Positions 50,423 through 60,435 of a stretch of 64,000 bases of DNA are shown piece after piece. Each line of letters begins with the position of its first letter. The stretch's first letter is position 1. The notes below the pieces were generated by a model that was given only the letters and a program-made list of their open reading frames with translations, did not search any database and was not told the DNA's origin. This stretch comes from Dehalobacter sp. DCM (GTDB taxonomy: Bacteria > Bacillota > Desulfitobacteriia > Desulfitobacteriales > Syntrophobotulaceae): assembly GCF_024972775.1 (NCBI RefSeq), contig NZ_CP092282.1, positions 3,747,525 through 3,811,524 of the forward strand. The letters run 5' to 3'. A program made the translations under genes and the position numbers.

Positions 50423-51328
50423 ATGACACCACCTTTTATCACCTACTCAACCTTTCACCGGCTCGGTTTGAATGTCAGAAACCTGAACGCATTACTGTTA
50501 AATACGACAGATGATTTCGAGCTTCACATCATCGATAGCAATTCCCAGGACGGCACCTGGGATTTTATCAAGAGCTTAAGCGACAGCCGGATAAAATCGA
50601 TAACACGGCTGCCGATGAATTACGGTCCAATCTATGCGCTGAACTACAATCTAGCCCGCAGAAAACCCGACCAGTATTTTATTGTTCTTGAAAGTGATGT
50701 CTATCATTATGTCCCGGATTGGATCAGTCGTTTTATGAAGGTGTTTGATATGTTCCCCGATGTTGGGCTTCTGGGATTAGCCCGATCACACCCGTACCCG
50801 GTTTATTATCCCGAAGTATCCCTGCAAGAAAAAAATGGCGTTCAATATCTGCAGTTAATGCACACCGAGGTTGGCAATGTTATGGATTTCGTTCCCGGAC
50901 AATGCCAATTCTTAAGACCGGAGCTCATCGACCTAATCGGTTATTGGAGCGAAGAAAACGGCTACGGAGATGCCGAATTGTCGCTTAGAGTGACTAAATA
51001 CACCCCGTTTAAAGCCGGATACGTTATCGACGTCCCTATCGATATGATTCAGAGTGTTCCCTGTGAATCCTGTGAAGGACGCCCATGGTGTCAGCTTGAC
51101 AAGGTTAATACGACCTGTTTCAACATTTGGAAGAGCAAGCATCGAAATGAATCCTTTGTGTTAACAAACGGTACCCGAAAATATCTGGAATGTTTCGACG
51201 AACTAAGGCAGGGCAAGAGAACAGTCTATTGTGCATCGATTCATGATCCTGATTCCTACAAAAATCACCTCTACCATATGGATTGGGCCCTGGAGAATTT
51301 CGATTACTATGCCAACAATTCCAATTAG
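50423..51328 (+). CDS. glycosyltransferase family 2-like (GT-A fold) protein
   Basis: LHIIDSNSQDGT and ESD (DxD-like) motifs. Moderate support only. Confidence 0.45.
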   Translation: MTPPFITYSTFHRLGLNVRNLNALLLNTTDDFELHIIDSNSQDGTWDFIKSLSDSRIKSITRLPMNYGPIYALNYNLARRKPDQYFIVLESDVYHYVPDWISRFMKVFDMFPDVGLLGLARSHPYPVYYPEVSLQEKNGVQYLQLMHTEVGNVMDFVPGQCQFLRPELIDLIGYWSEENGYGDAELSLRVTKYTPFKAGYVIDVPIDMIQSVPCESCEGRPWCQLDKVNTTCFNIWKSKHRNESFVLTNGTRKYLECFDELRQGKRTVYCASIHDPDSYKNHLYHMDWALENFDYYANNSN

Positions 51329-51346
51329 ATAGAAATAACAAGAAAA

Positions 51347-51628
51347 ATGCCTAAAAAACTAGCCCGTTCTGCTGAGAATATCCGATCTCATGTCGTCGGC
51401 AATTTTGATCGAAGCGATATTGATGTCAGTGAGCTCGGGGACCGAATTATTTTTTATGGGTTAAGGAACAAAAGCTTCTTTCCAACTTTTTATTCTGGAA
51501 TAGACCTGATCGTATCTCCGAACCTTCCTTTTGTCCTGATACCAGGCAAAAACTACGATGGGTTCCCGACAGGTTGTTGTATTGACGCGGCTTTGCACAA
51601 TGTCGGCAAGCGGACAGAAGAAATTTAG
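51347..51628 (+). CDS. hypothetical protein (93 aa)
   Basis: ORF-track ORF 19 nt after the previous gene; no motif. Confidence 0.3.
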   Translation: MPKKLARSAENIRSHVVGNFDRSDIDVSELGDRIIFYGLRNKSFFPTFYSGIDLIVSPNLPFVLIPGKNYDGFPTGCCIDAALHNVGKRTEEI

Positions 51629-51892
51629 ACAAATCTTTAATTTTCAAAAACAAATGAAAGAAAGGGGCTCTGTCATCGGGCAAGCCCTTTCCTTGAAATA
51701 ATTTCTCTTGGAAAAATAACCAAATGAATGAGATAAACCCTGGGCAATCGACGGTTATCTTTTTAAAAACCCTCGTTCTTCATGTGTATATAGGGATGCT
51801 TATTTCATTTTAATAGAGTTGAATGAAGGAAAAACTGTGTTATTGTCGAAATAATGCAAAATTTCAACTTGTGAGTAATGTGGGGGACGAAA

Positions 51893-52759
51893 ATGGAATT
51901 GAAGTATTATAAGATCATTGTTGAATCTTCTCCGAATATGATTTGGAAATCAGGCATCGACGGTAATTGTAATTATTTCAATAATACCTGGCTGGAATTC
52001 ACAGGAAGGACAATTGAACAGGAGTTAGGTGATGGCTGGGCAGAGGGTGTTCATAAAGACGATTTAAAGAATTGTTTGAAAGTTTATCTCGATTCATTCC
52101 ATAATAGACAGCCATTTGAAATGGAGTACCGTCTACTGCGCGCTGATGGAGAGTATCGATGGATTAATGACAGAGGAGTCCCTTTTTTTGAAGAAGGTGA
52201 ATTTAGCGGCTATATCGGAAGCTGTATCGATGTCAACGAAAAAGTTGAAGGGAGACATTTAAAATTCAAAGCCCAAAGGGATGGTTTAACAGAAATCACC
52301 AATCGGGAATACTTTGAAAAAATGTTCCTGCAGGAATTCAAGAAAGCCAAAAAAATGAAATCCCCTCTTTCTATCATTATGATCGACATTGATAATTTTA
52401 AATCAGTGAATGATACATATGGACACCTTGCCGGGGATAAAGTACTTATTGCTCTTGCAAAGACAATACAAAAAGAGATACGAAATATTGACTTGTTTGG
52501 ACGATACGGGGGGGAAGAATTCATCATCGCTTTACCCGAGATTGAAGGCTCGTCGGCTAAGTCAATTGCCGAACGTCTTCGGAAAAAAATCGAAAAAACG
52601 AAAATATCCTATAAAAAACAAGCTCTCCGAGTCACTGCCAGTTTTGGAGCCGCCCAATTATCCGACGAGAAAAATCCAAAAGAACTTTTGGACAAATCGG
52701 ACCAAGCCATGTATTTATCTAAGGGAAACGGTAAAAATCGTGTCACACTTTTTGAATGA
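51893..52759 (+). CDS. PAS-GGDEF diguanylate cyclase
   Basis: PAS fold (IIVESSPNMIWKSGIDGNCNYFNNTWLEFTG...RWINDRGVP) and GGDEF domain with RYGGEEF. Start at MELKYY. Confidence 0.85.
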   Translation: MELKYYKIIVESSPNMIWKSGIDGNCNYFNNTWLEFTGRTIEQELGDGWAEGVHKDDLKNCLKVYLDSFHNRQPFEMEYRLLRADGEYRWINDRGVPFFEEGEFSGYIGSCIDVNEKVEGRHLKFKAQRDGLTEITNREYFEKMFLQEFKKAKKMKSPLSIIMIDIDNFKSVNDTYGHLAGDKVLIALAKTIQKEIRNIDLFGRYGGEEFIIALPEIEGSSAKSIAERLRKKIEKTKISYKKQALRVTASFGAAQLSDEKNPKELLDKSDQAMYLSKGNGKNRVTLFE

Positions 52760-52925
52760 CAAGTACCATGTCAACCCTAAATCCTATATATCCTGACGTC
52801 AGATTTCTTTTAATACTGCGTTGTCATCATTCGCCATACGCTCGGTATGCCTCAATCCTTCGCCTTGTCTTAAAAGAAATCTGCTCATCATTATATTACA
52901 GTTTTTAGGTTGACAAGGTACTGGA

Positions 52926-53711
52926 TTATATCAGCTTCTCCGGAACAAAACGTGCTGCTGCCTTCCGCATCAGTATAAAGTCAATCATAAAGACGACAGC
53001 ACCGAATCCGCCAAGAATAGCCTCATTCAGCACGAACAATCCCGTCATCTGCCCTACCAAAAGTAAAATGACCGGGATAATAATAAACGCGCTAGTTTGC
53101 TGTGCTTCTTGAAAGGTCTTCGCTTTCGCTGAAACGAGAACCATAAAATAGATGGATAGAATCGTCACGGCAGGAGAGACCCATAAGATCAGGATCAACC
53201 ATTTGATGCTGGGAAAAACGATTTTCCCAAAGTACATCCATCCCCCGATATTCATAACGATGCCAAAGACAACGGCAGAAAGCAACGTAATCACAATAGC
53301 CGGTACCGCGGTAGCAACAACCTTGGCGTTAAAGAGCTCGCGGATACTGATCGGGGTATAAAAGAGAGATTCCATGGTTTTATGTTCTTTCTCCCCGACA
53401 AAACTGCTGGCCCCGATGATACTGCCGGACATGATCGGTATCAGGAGAAAAAACACAGGGAACATGTAGTTCAAAGCAATTTCAAAGAGGAGTTGGGCGT
53501 TAGTCAGGTCTGCGAACTGGTCGCCTAAAGCGTTGATCATATAATCCATACCATTAATCGCCGAGACCCCATATCGTGCCCCGATAACGAGGATTAATGG
53601 TAATATCACCATCATGACTACCGGCACAATCAGCATCGGCATGAGTATTTGTTTATCTCCTGTGACCTCCCGAATATCTTTATAGATCATGGCACGCTGC
53701 ATGGCGTTCAT
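52926..53711 (-). CDS. ABC-2 family transporter permease
   Basis: Six TM segments; the 4-nt overlap with the upstream ATPase gene indicates coupling. Confidence 0.7.
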   Translation of the reverse strand: MNAMQRAMIYKDIREVTGDKQILMPMLIVPVVMMVILPLILVIGARYGVSAINGMDYMINALGDQFADLTNAQLLFEIALNYMFPVFFLLIPIMSGSIIGASSFVGEKEHKTMESLFYTPISIRELFNAKVVATAVPAIVITLLSAVVFGIVMNIGGWMYFGKIVFPSIKWLILILWVSPAVTILSIYFMVLVSAKAKTFQEAQQTSAFIIIPVILLLVGQMTGLFVLNEAILGGFGAVVFMIDFILMRKAAARFVPEKLI

Positions 53712-54649
53712 AAAATCACACCCCTCTGAAAACTAAAATATAAATCTTCAAGATTCCAGCGCACTTGCTTCGCTTCATAGACCTTACCGCCACGCGCAAG
53801 AATATCGGCAAGGACCTGAGTGACCTCCGAATCGCCCATGATCGGAATTCGCAGCCTGCCTTCCGGTGTTATTACCGACGCGGCGATCTCCGGGAGTTTT
53901 TCGCCTCTTATTTCCAAGTAGATCTTACTATCCTTTTGTTTTAATAGTTGCTCAAAAGTACCTAAGCCGATGATCTTACCCTCGTGGATAAATCCATAAT
54001 AGGTGCAGATTTCCTCGGCATATTTCAGCTGATGGGTACAGACGAAGACGGTGACGCCTTGGTGCATGGATAGTTTACGGATCATTTGAGTCACGTTCAT
54101 TGCGGCTTCTGGATCTAATCCCGACGTCGGTTCATCCAGAAATAAAACCTTCGGGCTGTGCAGCAGCGCCCGAGCCAGGGACAAACGTCGTTTCATACCC
54201 GTGCTGTACGCTTTCAGCTTCTTGTCCTTAGCGTCAATGATTTCGAATGATTCCAGCAGTTCAAATCCCCGCTTTTGGATAGCCTTATCATTCATCCCAT
54301 GCAGCCTGCCAAAGAACGAGAGATTTTCCATACCCGTCAGGTTTTCGTACATCAAGGCTGTCTCAGTCATTACCCCGCAAAGTTGATGGATACCCGCCCG
54401 ATCTTTTATTATGTCCTTACCCATTACCGTGGCCCGACCGCCCGATGGTTCAAGAATCCCATTAAGCAACCTTACCGTGGTCGTTTTTCCCGATCCGTTG
54501 GGACCCAGGAAGCCGAACACTTCGCCCTGAGCGATGGTAAAGCTGGTTTCATTCAAGGCATACGTACGGCCGTCATAGGATTTTTTCAGTTTATTGATTT
54601 CAATAGCGTTCATTTTCTTCACTTCCCGTTTATCGTTTCCATATTTCAA
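53708..54649 (-). CDS. ABC transporter ATP-binding protein (ABC-2 exporter type)
   Basis: GPNGSGKTT, YSTGMKRRLSLA and LFLDEPTSGLD. The true start may be the internal ATG at 54613. Confidence 0.85.
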   Translation of the reverse strand: MKYGNDKREVKKMNAIEINKLKKSYDGRTYALNETSFTIAQGEVFGFLGPNGSGKTTTVRLLNGILEPSGGRATVMGKDIIKDRAGIHQLCGVMTETALMYENLTGMENLSFFGRLHGMNDKAIQKRGFELLESFEIIDAKDKKLKAYSTGMKRRLSLARALLHSPKVLFLDEPTSGLDPEAAMNVTQMIRKLSMHQGVTVFVCTHQLKYAEEICTYYGFIHEGKIIGLGTFEQLLKQKDSKIYLEIRGEKLPEIAASVITPEGRLRIPIMGDSEVTQVLADILARGGKVYEAKQVRWNLEDLYFSFQRGVIL

Positions 54650-54802
54650 GAGGCACCACCATTATCATGCACGCCATTCAATAATTCAATGATAATTTCC
54701 AATCTAACACGTATGATAATTCCCAACTGACTTTATTCATATAAAAGACGCCTGGATATTTAGGCGCCCCCATAAACGAATAAATGAATACAGCTTGATT
54801 AT

Positions 54803-55897
54803 TTAGCCTGCGATAACCCGATTCTTGCCATATTCTTTGGCCAAATAAAGCAACTGATCGACCCGGCTGATGAGTTTCCGCTTTTCATCCCCTTCGCCAA
54901 ATTCGGTGACGCCAAAGCTTGCTGTGACCTTTCCTGTAACTTTATCATGTTCAATTTCTTCAATAAGTTCTCTGAGCCGATTGGCAATATCCTTGGCAAT
55001 TCTTAGCGTTGTCTTCGGAAGAATGACGATAAATTCCTCTCCGCCCCATCGGGCGACAATGTCCTCTTGTCTGACTGCTGCTTTCACGGTATCAACCATT
55101 TTTACAATGACATCATCTCCCACCATATGGCCGTAGGTATCATTGATGCGTTTGAAATCATCGATATCAAATAAAATAAGAGAAAACGGAACGTGGCCGG
55201 CGCACATTTCATTAAGTATACTATCACACGCTGCTCGATTGGATGCTTTGGTCAAGGTATCTGTTTTAACCAGTATTTCCAGCTGTAATTGCTGTAAGTA
55301 ATTCAACCGTCTTTGTTTTCCGTTTTGATAGATTAACGCACTGATCACAACGATGTGTATGACTAAATAGATTATGAGATTGACTGCAGAACCAATAATA
55401 ACATTGGGAATAGTCCACGGTATCAGCGCGATAAAAATGATAAATAACAAACACGCCGTAATAACATTAAAGATCCACCGGTTAGGTATCATAAACAGAC
55501 ATAATGTAACAATCAACAGATTAAACGCCTCGGACATGATACTAACTGGAGCAAGCTTAACGGCAACGTACTCGTGTAACAGGTAGACGACCAGCGTAAA
55601 AACGAGGATGAGAGGAACGGTCTTCGTCTTATCTTTTGGGTTCGTAAGCAGGACATAAACAATGATCCCAAGGACTAACACGATAATTCGATGAACCAAT
55701 GAATACTTGATGATTACGGCTGTATCAATATCCAGAATAAAGAAGTAGTCCGAGATAAAAAACAGGAGATGCAGGATGCAGAAAATCAGGATAATGTTCC
55801 TGCTTACCCTTATCCCTTTAAAAACTTGATCATCATGATATTCCTTTTCCAGTTTTTTGTCTTTAAATTCACCTAAGCGATTAATGGACTTTTCCAT
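54803..55897 (-). CDS. polytopic membrane GGDEF diguanylate cyclase
   Basis: About 6 N-terminal TM helices plus a GGDEF domain (RWGGEEF). Confidence 0.8.
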   Translation of the reverse strand: MEKSINRLGEFKDKKLEKEYHDDQVFKGIRVSRNIILIFCILHLLFFISDYFFILDIDTAVIIKYSLVHRIIVLVLGIIVYVLLTNPKDKTKTVPLILVFTLVVYLLHEYVAVKLAPVSIMSEAFNLLIVTLCLFMIPNRWIFNVITACLLFIIFIALIPWTIPNVIIGSAVNLIIYLVIHIVVISALIYQNGKQRRLNYLQQLQLEILVKTDTLTKASNRAACDSILNEMCAGHVPFSLILFDIDDFKRINDTYGHMVGDDVIVKMVDTVKAAVRQEDIVARWGGEEFIVILPKTTLRIAKDIANRLRELIEEIEHDKVTGKVTASFGVTEFGEGDEKRKLISRVDQLLYLAKEYGKNRVIAG

Positions 55898-56203
55898 GAC
55901 AACCCATCCTATCGATTTTCAAGTCTTTCTATCTATGTTATCGTCAATTTTCTAAAAAATCTTTCGGTTGATCAAAATAAATACGAATTCCATTTTCCTC
56001 CACTGAGGTCTTGATTGTAACACCATAATATCTTATTGTAGATACAGAAGTAATCATTAATTATTAATAAATTATTGCAGACAATAGTTAGTTACAGACC
56101 ATAAGGATATTTATTATTGACAAAACGGCTTTATCCCCTATGATTAACTTATTTGGATGCTGTATTTGGATGCCGAAATTATTTCGATGAGGATGGTCAG
56201 CTT

Positions 56204-58111
56204 ATGAAAAAAGGCGTAATCCGTTTGATCCTATGTATTTTGATAATAATTACATTGGTCTTAATATCCGCCTGGTACACCCACCGCCAAGAAAACAATA
56301 ATGCCGTCTCTGCGGAAAAATCCGCAGAAAAGATAGCTCTGGTACGCTTGGAGGATGTCGGCCCCGGCGAACATTACAAACTTCAAGAGAACATAGATAA
56401 ACTGATGGTCCTGGCTGATTATCTGCAACAGGAAGGCATCCCCTTTTCTGTCTCATTGATTCCACGCATGGTGGAACCGGATAGAAACTATGATGTTTCG
56501 ATTGGCGACGACACGCCCTATACCCAGCAATTCCTGGCTGCAATGAAAGGCCTGGAACAGAGAGGCGGTATTATCGGAGTCCACGGTTATACACACCAAA
56601 GCGGAAGCAGCCGTAGTGTTGCCGGATATGAATTTTACAGTAAAGCGAAAAATCCGGATGTACCAAACACTTTTACCTACGCCGAAGAACGTGCGGACAA
56701 AGCCATTGCCTTATTTAATCAAGTCGGGATCAAACCGGCCTATTGGGAAACGCCGCATTACAGCGCATCTGCTCACCAACTGGTCGCTTTTCAAAAAAAA
56801 TTCGGTATAATTTATGAAAATAATTACTATTATCCGGAAGCGTGGAAAAGATACGCTGTCCTGAATGAGAATGATCAGTATTACTGCGGTTTGGACGTTG
56901 TGCCTGCTCCCATCGGTCATTTAAACTCACCGGATCGCCTTTCAGCCATGCTGGCTGTCCTGGATGATCCGGAAAAGTCCGGAACACTGGCATCTTTCTA
57001 TGTCCATCCGACTTACGAGTTTCAGTTTATTAAAAAGGTAGAGCTTGAAAACGGTAAAACACAATACGTCTATGATGAAAACTCTCTCTTGCACCAGTGT
57101 GTGCGCGAATTTAAAAGCAGAGGGTATCAGTTTGTGTCTCTGTATTCCCTGGTCGGGTTCGTGCCGGCTCAACGGGAAGAGAAGATTCTGTTTAATCCGG
57201 GTGATGAATTATATGCGGGTCAATTTGTCAAGGGTACTCCGGGGAATTCTCTGCTTGTGTGGAATAAGAAAGCAGATCAGTGGCACATGTATCAGTACAC
57301 CGCACCTTGGTTTGTGCCAAGGGATTTAAAAGCCTTTGCGGATAGGGGAGTCTGGCTAAAAGATTTAGCACTGCCCAAAGGCACAATTCCTTTAACCGGG
57401 TATTTTATTAATAACGCCAGGCAGGACCTCATGCTATTCAACCCGGTTTCGAGGAAAGTCATTCTGGCTGAAAACGACGGCGATAAATTCATTCCCCAGG
57501 ATATGCCGATGACTGCGTTCAATAACTTGAAAAAGGCCCAACCTTTGGCTGGCGACCTGAATGGCGACGGCCTGACTGACCTTTTCCTTTATGACAGAGA
57601 CAATAGCCGAATTGGAACAGCAATCAATACAGGCGGTACCTTCACCGATTTTTCATGGCAGCCCTTTAGTTTGCTTAAAAAAGAAAATCTTCAGCTGACA
57701 GTCGGAGATTATAATGGTGACGGGCGATGTGACATAGTCATCTTGGATCCGGATAAAAATCTAGGATATTTGCTATCCGGGAATACATCAAACAACTTCA
57801 CTCTTGGAGATCGGATAAATAATCAAATCCAGATTAAAGAAGACGAACGTATCACCACCGCCGACGTCAACGGTGATGGCAAGGACGACTTGCTCATTAT
57901 CAACCCGAATGGCCTTTGGCAATATGCCATCTCCAACGGCAGTGAATTTGACTCCGTAAGATCTTACGGCCCATGGGGGCAAGGGAAAGATGAAGCTGCT
58001 CTCGCCGCCGATATTAATGGTGATAACAAGGCCGATCTGGTTATGATCGATCATGCGGCCGGCCGTTACAACATGAATACCGCCATATCCGTTTTGGATA
58101 CGAACTTATAA
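56204..58111 (+). CDS. membrane-anchored DUF2334 (polysaccharide-deacetylase-like) protein with C-terminal FG-GAP repeats
   Basis: N-terminal TM. DUF2334-like core (ALVRLEDVGPGEHY...VHGYTHQ). Four DxNGDGxxD calcium-binding FG-GAP-type repeats. Start at MKKGVIRL. Confidence 0.65.
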   Translation: MKKGVIRLILCILIIITLVLISAWYTHRQENNNAVSAEKSAEKIALVRLEDVGPGEHYKLQENIDKLMVLADYLQQEGIPFSVSLIPRMVEPDRNYDVSIGDDTPYTQQFLAAMKGLEQRGGIIGVHGYTHQSGSSRSVAGYEFYSKAKNPDVPNTFTYAEERADKAIALFNQVGIKPAYWETPHYSASAHQLVAFQKKFGIIYENNYYYPEAWKRYAVLNENDQYYCGLDVVPAPIGHLNSPDRLSAMLAVLDDPEKSGTLASFYVHPTYEFQFIKKVELENGKTQYVYDENSLLHQCVREFKSRGYQFVSLYSLVGFVPAQREEKILFNPGDELYAGQFVKGTPGNSLLVWNKKADQWHMYQYTAPWFVPRDLKAFADRGVWLKDLALPKGTIPLTGYFINNARQDLMLFNPVSRKVILAENDGDKFIPQDMPMTAFNNLKKAQPLAGDLNGDGLTDLFLYDRDNSRIGTAINTGGTFTDFSWQPFSLLKKENLQLTVGDYNGDGRCDIVILDPDKNLGYLLSGNTSNNFTLGDRINNQIQIKEDERITTADVNGDGKDDLLIINPNGLWQYAISNGSEFDSVRSYGPWGQGKDEAALAADINGDNKADLVMIDHAAGRYNMNTAISVLDTNL

Positions 58112-58193
58112 TTCTTAGACTTAACAAATTTTATAACGTAAAAAATCCCGGTAAATGCTAAATCATTCTGCATATACCGGGATTAATTCTTCT

Positions 58194-58964
58194 TTATACG
58201 ACCATATCCTTAAGTGTGATGGTTGGACACTGGTACCGTCCCCATTGCGTCGTTTTATCCTCAAATTGGATAGCCTGATTTGGACACCAATGCATACAGG
58301 CCAGACAAAATTCACAATGATGCTGCCAAGAAGGCGTGTTATCTGCTATCCGGATATTCCCGGCAGCGCAGACCTTTTCACACGTACCGCAGCTATTGCA
58401 CTGGTCATTAAGCCAGAATTTCTTATCGATTTCATAGGGAACGAACTCCGGCCGCTGCCAGCTATCTTGTGTGTCCGTGTCGTCCAGAGTTGGGCTGAAA
58501 GTTGCTTCATTAACAATCTTGGCGATGCCCGCCATCATCTTTTCCTGGATACCGATCATCGTATTCTGCTCAGCTTCTGGGGCCGGTGGATAGAAGACAT
58601 TGAAGTTATCAGGCATTTGAATCTCAAACGTATCCGCCAGGATCAGATTTTTTTCTGCAAGGAGTTGTTTCAATTGGGTGAGCGAACACCCAGAAGATTC
58701 ACCGAAATTTGAAATGGCAAAAACATAGGTAGTCTGATGGGGTACAACGTTTATTTGTCGGACAAAATTCTCAACCAAAAGCGGCACGCCTTCGGCAAAA
58801 ACCGGAAAGACGATGCCGATTTTCTCTGAATGGACAGGAATTTCTTGTGCAACTAATTTGCCGGTGATACGTACAACCTCGGAATCTTTCAGCAAACAGC
58901 AAAGATCCTTAGCGATTTTTAAAGAGTTTCCCGTCCCGGAAAAATAATAAATCGTCGTGCTCAT
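58194..58964 (-). CDS. flavodoxin-like + 4Fe-4S ferredoxin (EFR1-family) protein
   Basis: YYFSGTGNS flavodoxin-like N-terminus and CNSCGTCEKVC...CEFCLACMHWCP ferredoxin C-terminus. Confidence 0.65.
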   Translation of the reverse strand: MSTTIYYFSGTGNSLKIAKDLCCLLKDSEVVRITGKLVAQEIPVHSEKIGIVFPVFAEGVPLLVENFVRQINVVPHQTTYVFAISNFGESSGCSLTQLKQLLAEKNLILADTFEIQMPDNFNVFYPPAPEAEQNTMIGIQEKMMAGIAKIVNEATFSPTLDDTDTQDSWQRPEFVPYEIDKKFWLNDQCNSCGTCEKVCAAGNIRIADNTPSWQHHCEFCLACMHWCPNQAIQFEDKTTQWGRYQCPTITLKDMVV

Positions 58965-59124
58965 AAAACCCTCCCAGTTTATTTTTTCACATGGTATTTA
59001 ATCATCTAACTAATCAGCATATTAAATTATATCGAATCACATCATCTTAGGCAAAATAATTCTGATAAAATGTGGGAAACTAAAACATAATTAATTAAAT
59101 TTAACCATCAGAGGTGAACTTACG

Positions 59125-59640
59125 ATGGATGAACTGCGTATAACCAAATTGAAAAAGTTATATGAATTGGAGAATTTGCTTATCCATTATTACAAATCGC
59201 AATTGTCCGAAAGCGAGGATACGGTGTTTAACAGCGCGTTGACGAAATTTATTAAGACCGATACGGTACACGCAGACTACTTTCATGAGCTATTTCGTGA
59301 ACAGGACATAGAAATTCCGGTAATCACAGCGGCGATAGCCGATATTACCGGAAATCTTGTCGGGGAAGCAGTCGAATTGACGGGGATCGGAAATGTTTGC
59401 CGTATCGGCGTCTCTCTGGAAAATCAAATTGCCGAATTATACGCCGACCTGATTGAAGAAAATCCCTCCTCGAAAATCTTGGATATACTGCTCAGTTACA
59501 AGATTGATAAGGAATTTCATGCGTTATGGCTGCAGCGTTATGGGCAGTTTCTCAAACAACAGAAGACGTGTACCACCAATCTTATTCAAAATGCTATCGA
59601 TGGTCATCCCACGGTGAATATGAATGTACGCTTGATCTAA
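59125..59640 (+). CDS. hypothetical helical protein (ferritin-like?)
   Basis: 171 aa, predicted all-helical, no firm motif. It overlaps the idi stop by 4 nt in convergent orientation. Confidence 0.35.
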   Translation: MDELRITKLKKLYELENLLIHYYKSQLSESEDTVFNSALTKFIKTDTVHADYFHELFREQDIEIPVITAAIADITGNLVGEAVELTGIGNVCRIGVSLENQIAELYADLIEENPSSKILDILLSYKIDKEFHALWLQRYGQFLKQQKTCTTNLIQNAIDGHPTVNMNVRLI

Positions 59641-60149
59641 CTAAAATAGCGGATCACACGTTTCAGGGCTATCGCAAACCAATACGTATATTCTTCCGGT
59701 TTTTTCCTCACCTGATCAGCCAATTGGTCTAGTCGGATCCATTGATAATCGGAAACTTCATCCGGATTGGGGACCGGATCTCGGTTATATTCGCCAATAA
59801 AAACATGGTCGATTTCATTTTCGGTCATCTCTTTATCCAGAGCAACCGTGTATTGAAAAACAAAGATTTCTTTTAATGGACAGGTAAAGCCCATTTCCTC
59901 CATCAAGCGCCGTGTTGCCGCCGACATCAGATCCTCGCCCGGACGCGGATGGCTGCAACAGGTATTCGTCCACAAATCTTCGGAATGGTATTTGGTTGCT
60001 GCGCGTTTATGTATCAGCAATTCATGCTTATCATTAAAAACGAAGATGGAAAAAGCACGATGACGCAAACCTTGACGATGCGCTTCCATTTTCTCCATTA
60101 TCCCGACTTCCCGATCCTGTTCATCCACGAGGATTACCGTCTCTTGCAT
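59637..60149 (-). CDS. idi: isopentenyl-diphosphate delta-isomerase, type 1 (Nudix)
   Basis: LHRAFSIFVFN...LLIHKRAATKYHSEDLWTNTCCSHPRPGE matches the IDI-1 active-site region, including the Cys and Glu catalytic residues. Confidence 0.85.
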   Translation of the reverse strand: MQETVILVDEQDREVGIMEKMEAHRQGLRHRAFSIFVFNDKHELLIHKRAATKYHSEDLWTNTCCSHPRPGEDLMSAATRRLMEEMGFTCPLKEIFVFQYTVALDKEMTENEIDHVFIGEYNRDPVPNPDEVSDYQWIRLDQLADQVRKKPEEYTYWFAIALKRVIRYFS

Positions 60150-60435
60150 TGAATTCTCCTTCTGTTGTCGATGTGATCTCCGCCCTCTGTAATGTTTCTA
60201 TATTATCATGTTCATTCTGTTAATTTCCACTCTAATTATTTGTAATTTGAAAAGGCATCGCGTGTATCTCCTCATATTATTTGTTTTCTTTGCCGCAAAA
60301 ACAGTGTAGAATAGAAACACGAGTGTCGCAAGATATTTGTTTAAAAAACTATCAAACACACGTTCCCATTTGGTCTCTTTTATGTTAATATATGGAATAT
60401 AGATTAACATAATGTTTATCTGGGTGGAGGAAAAA

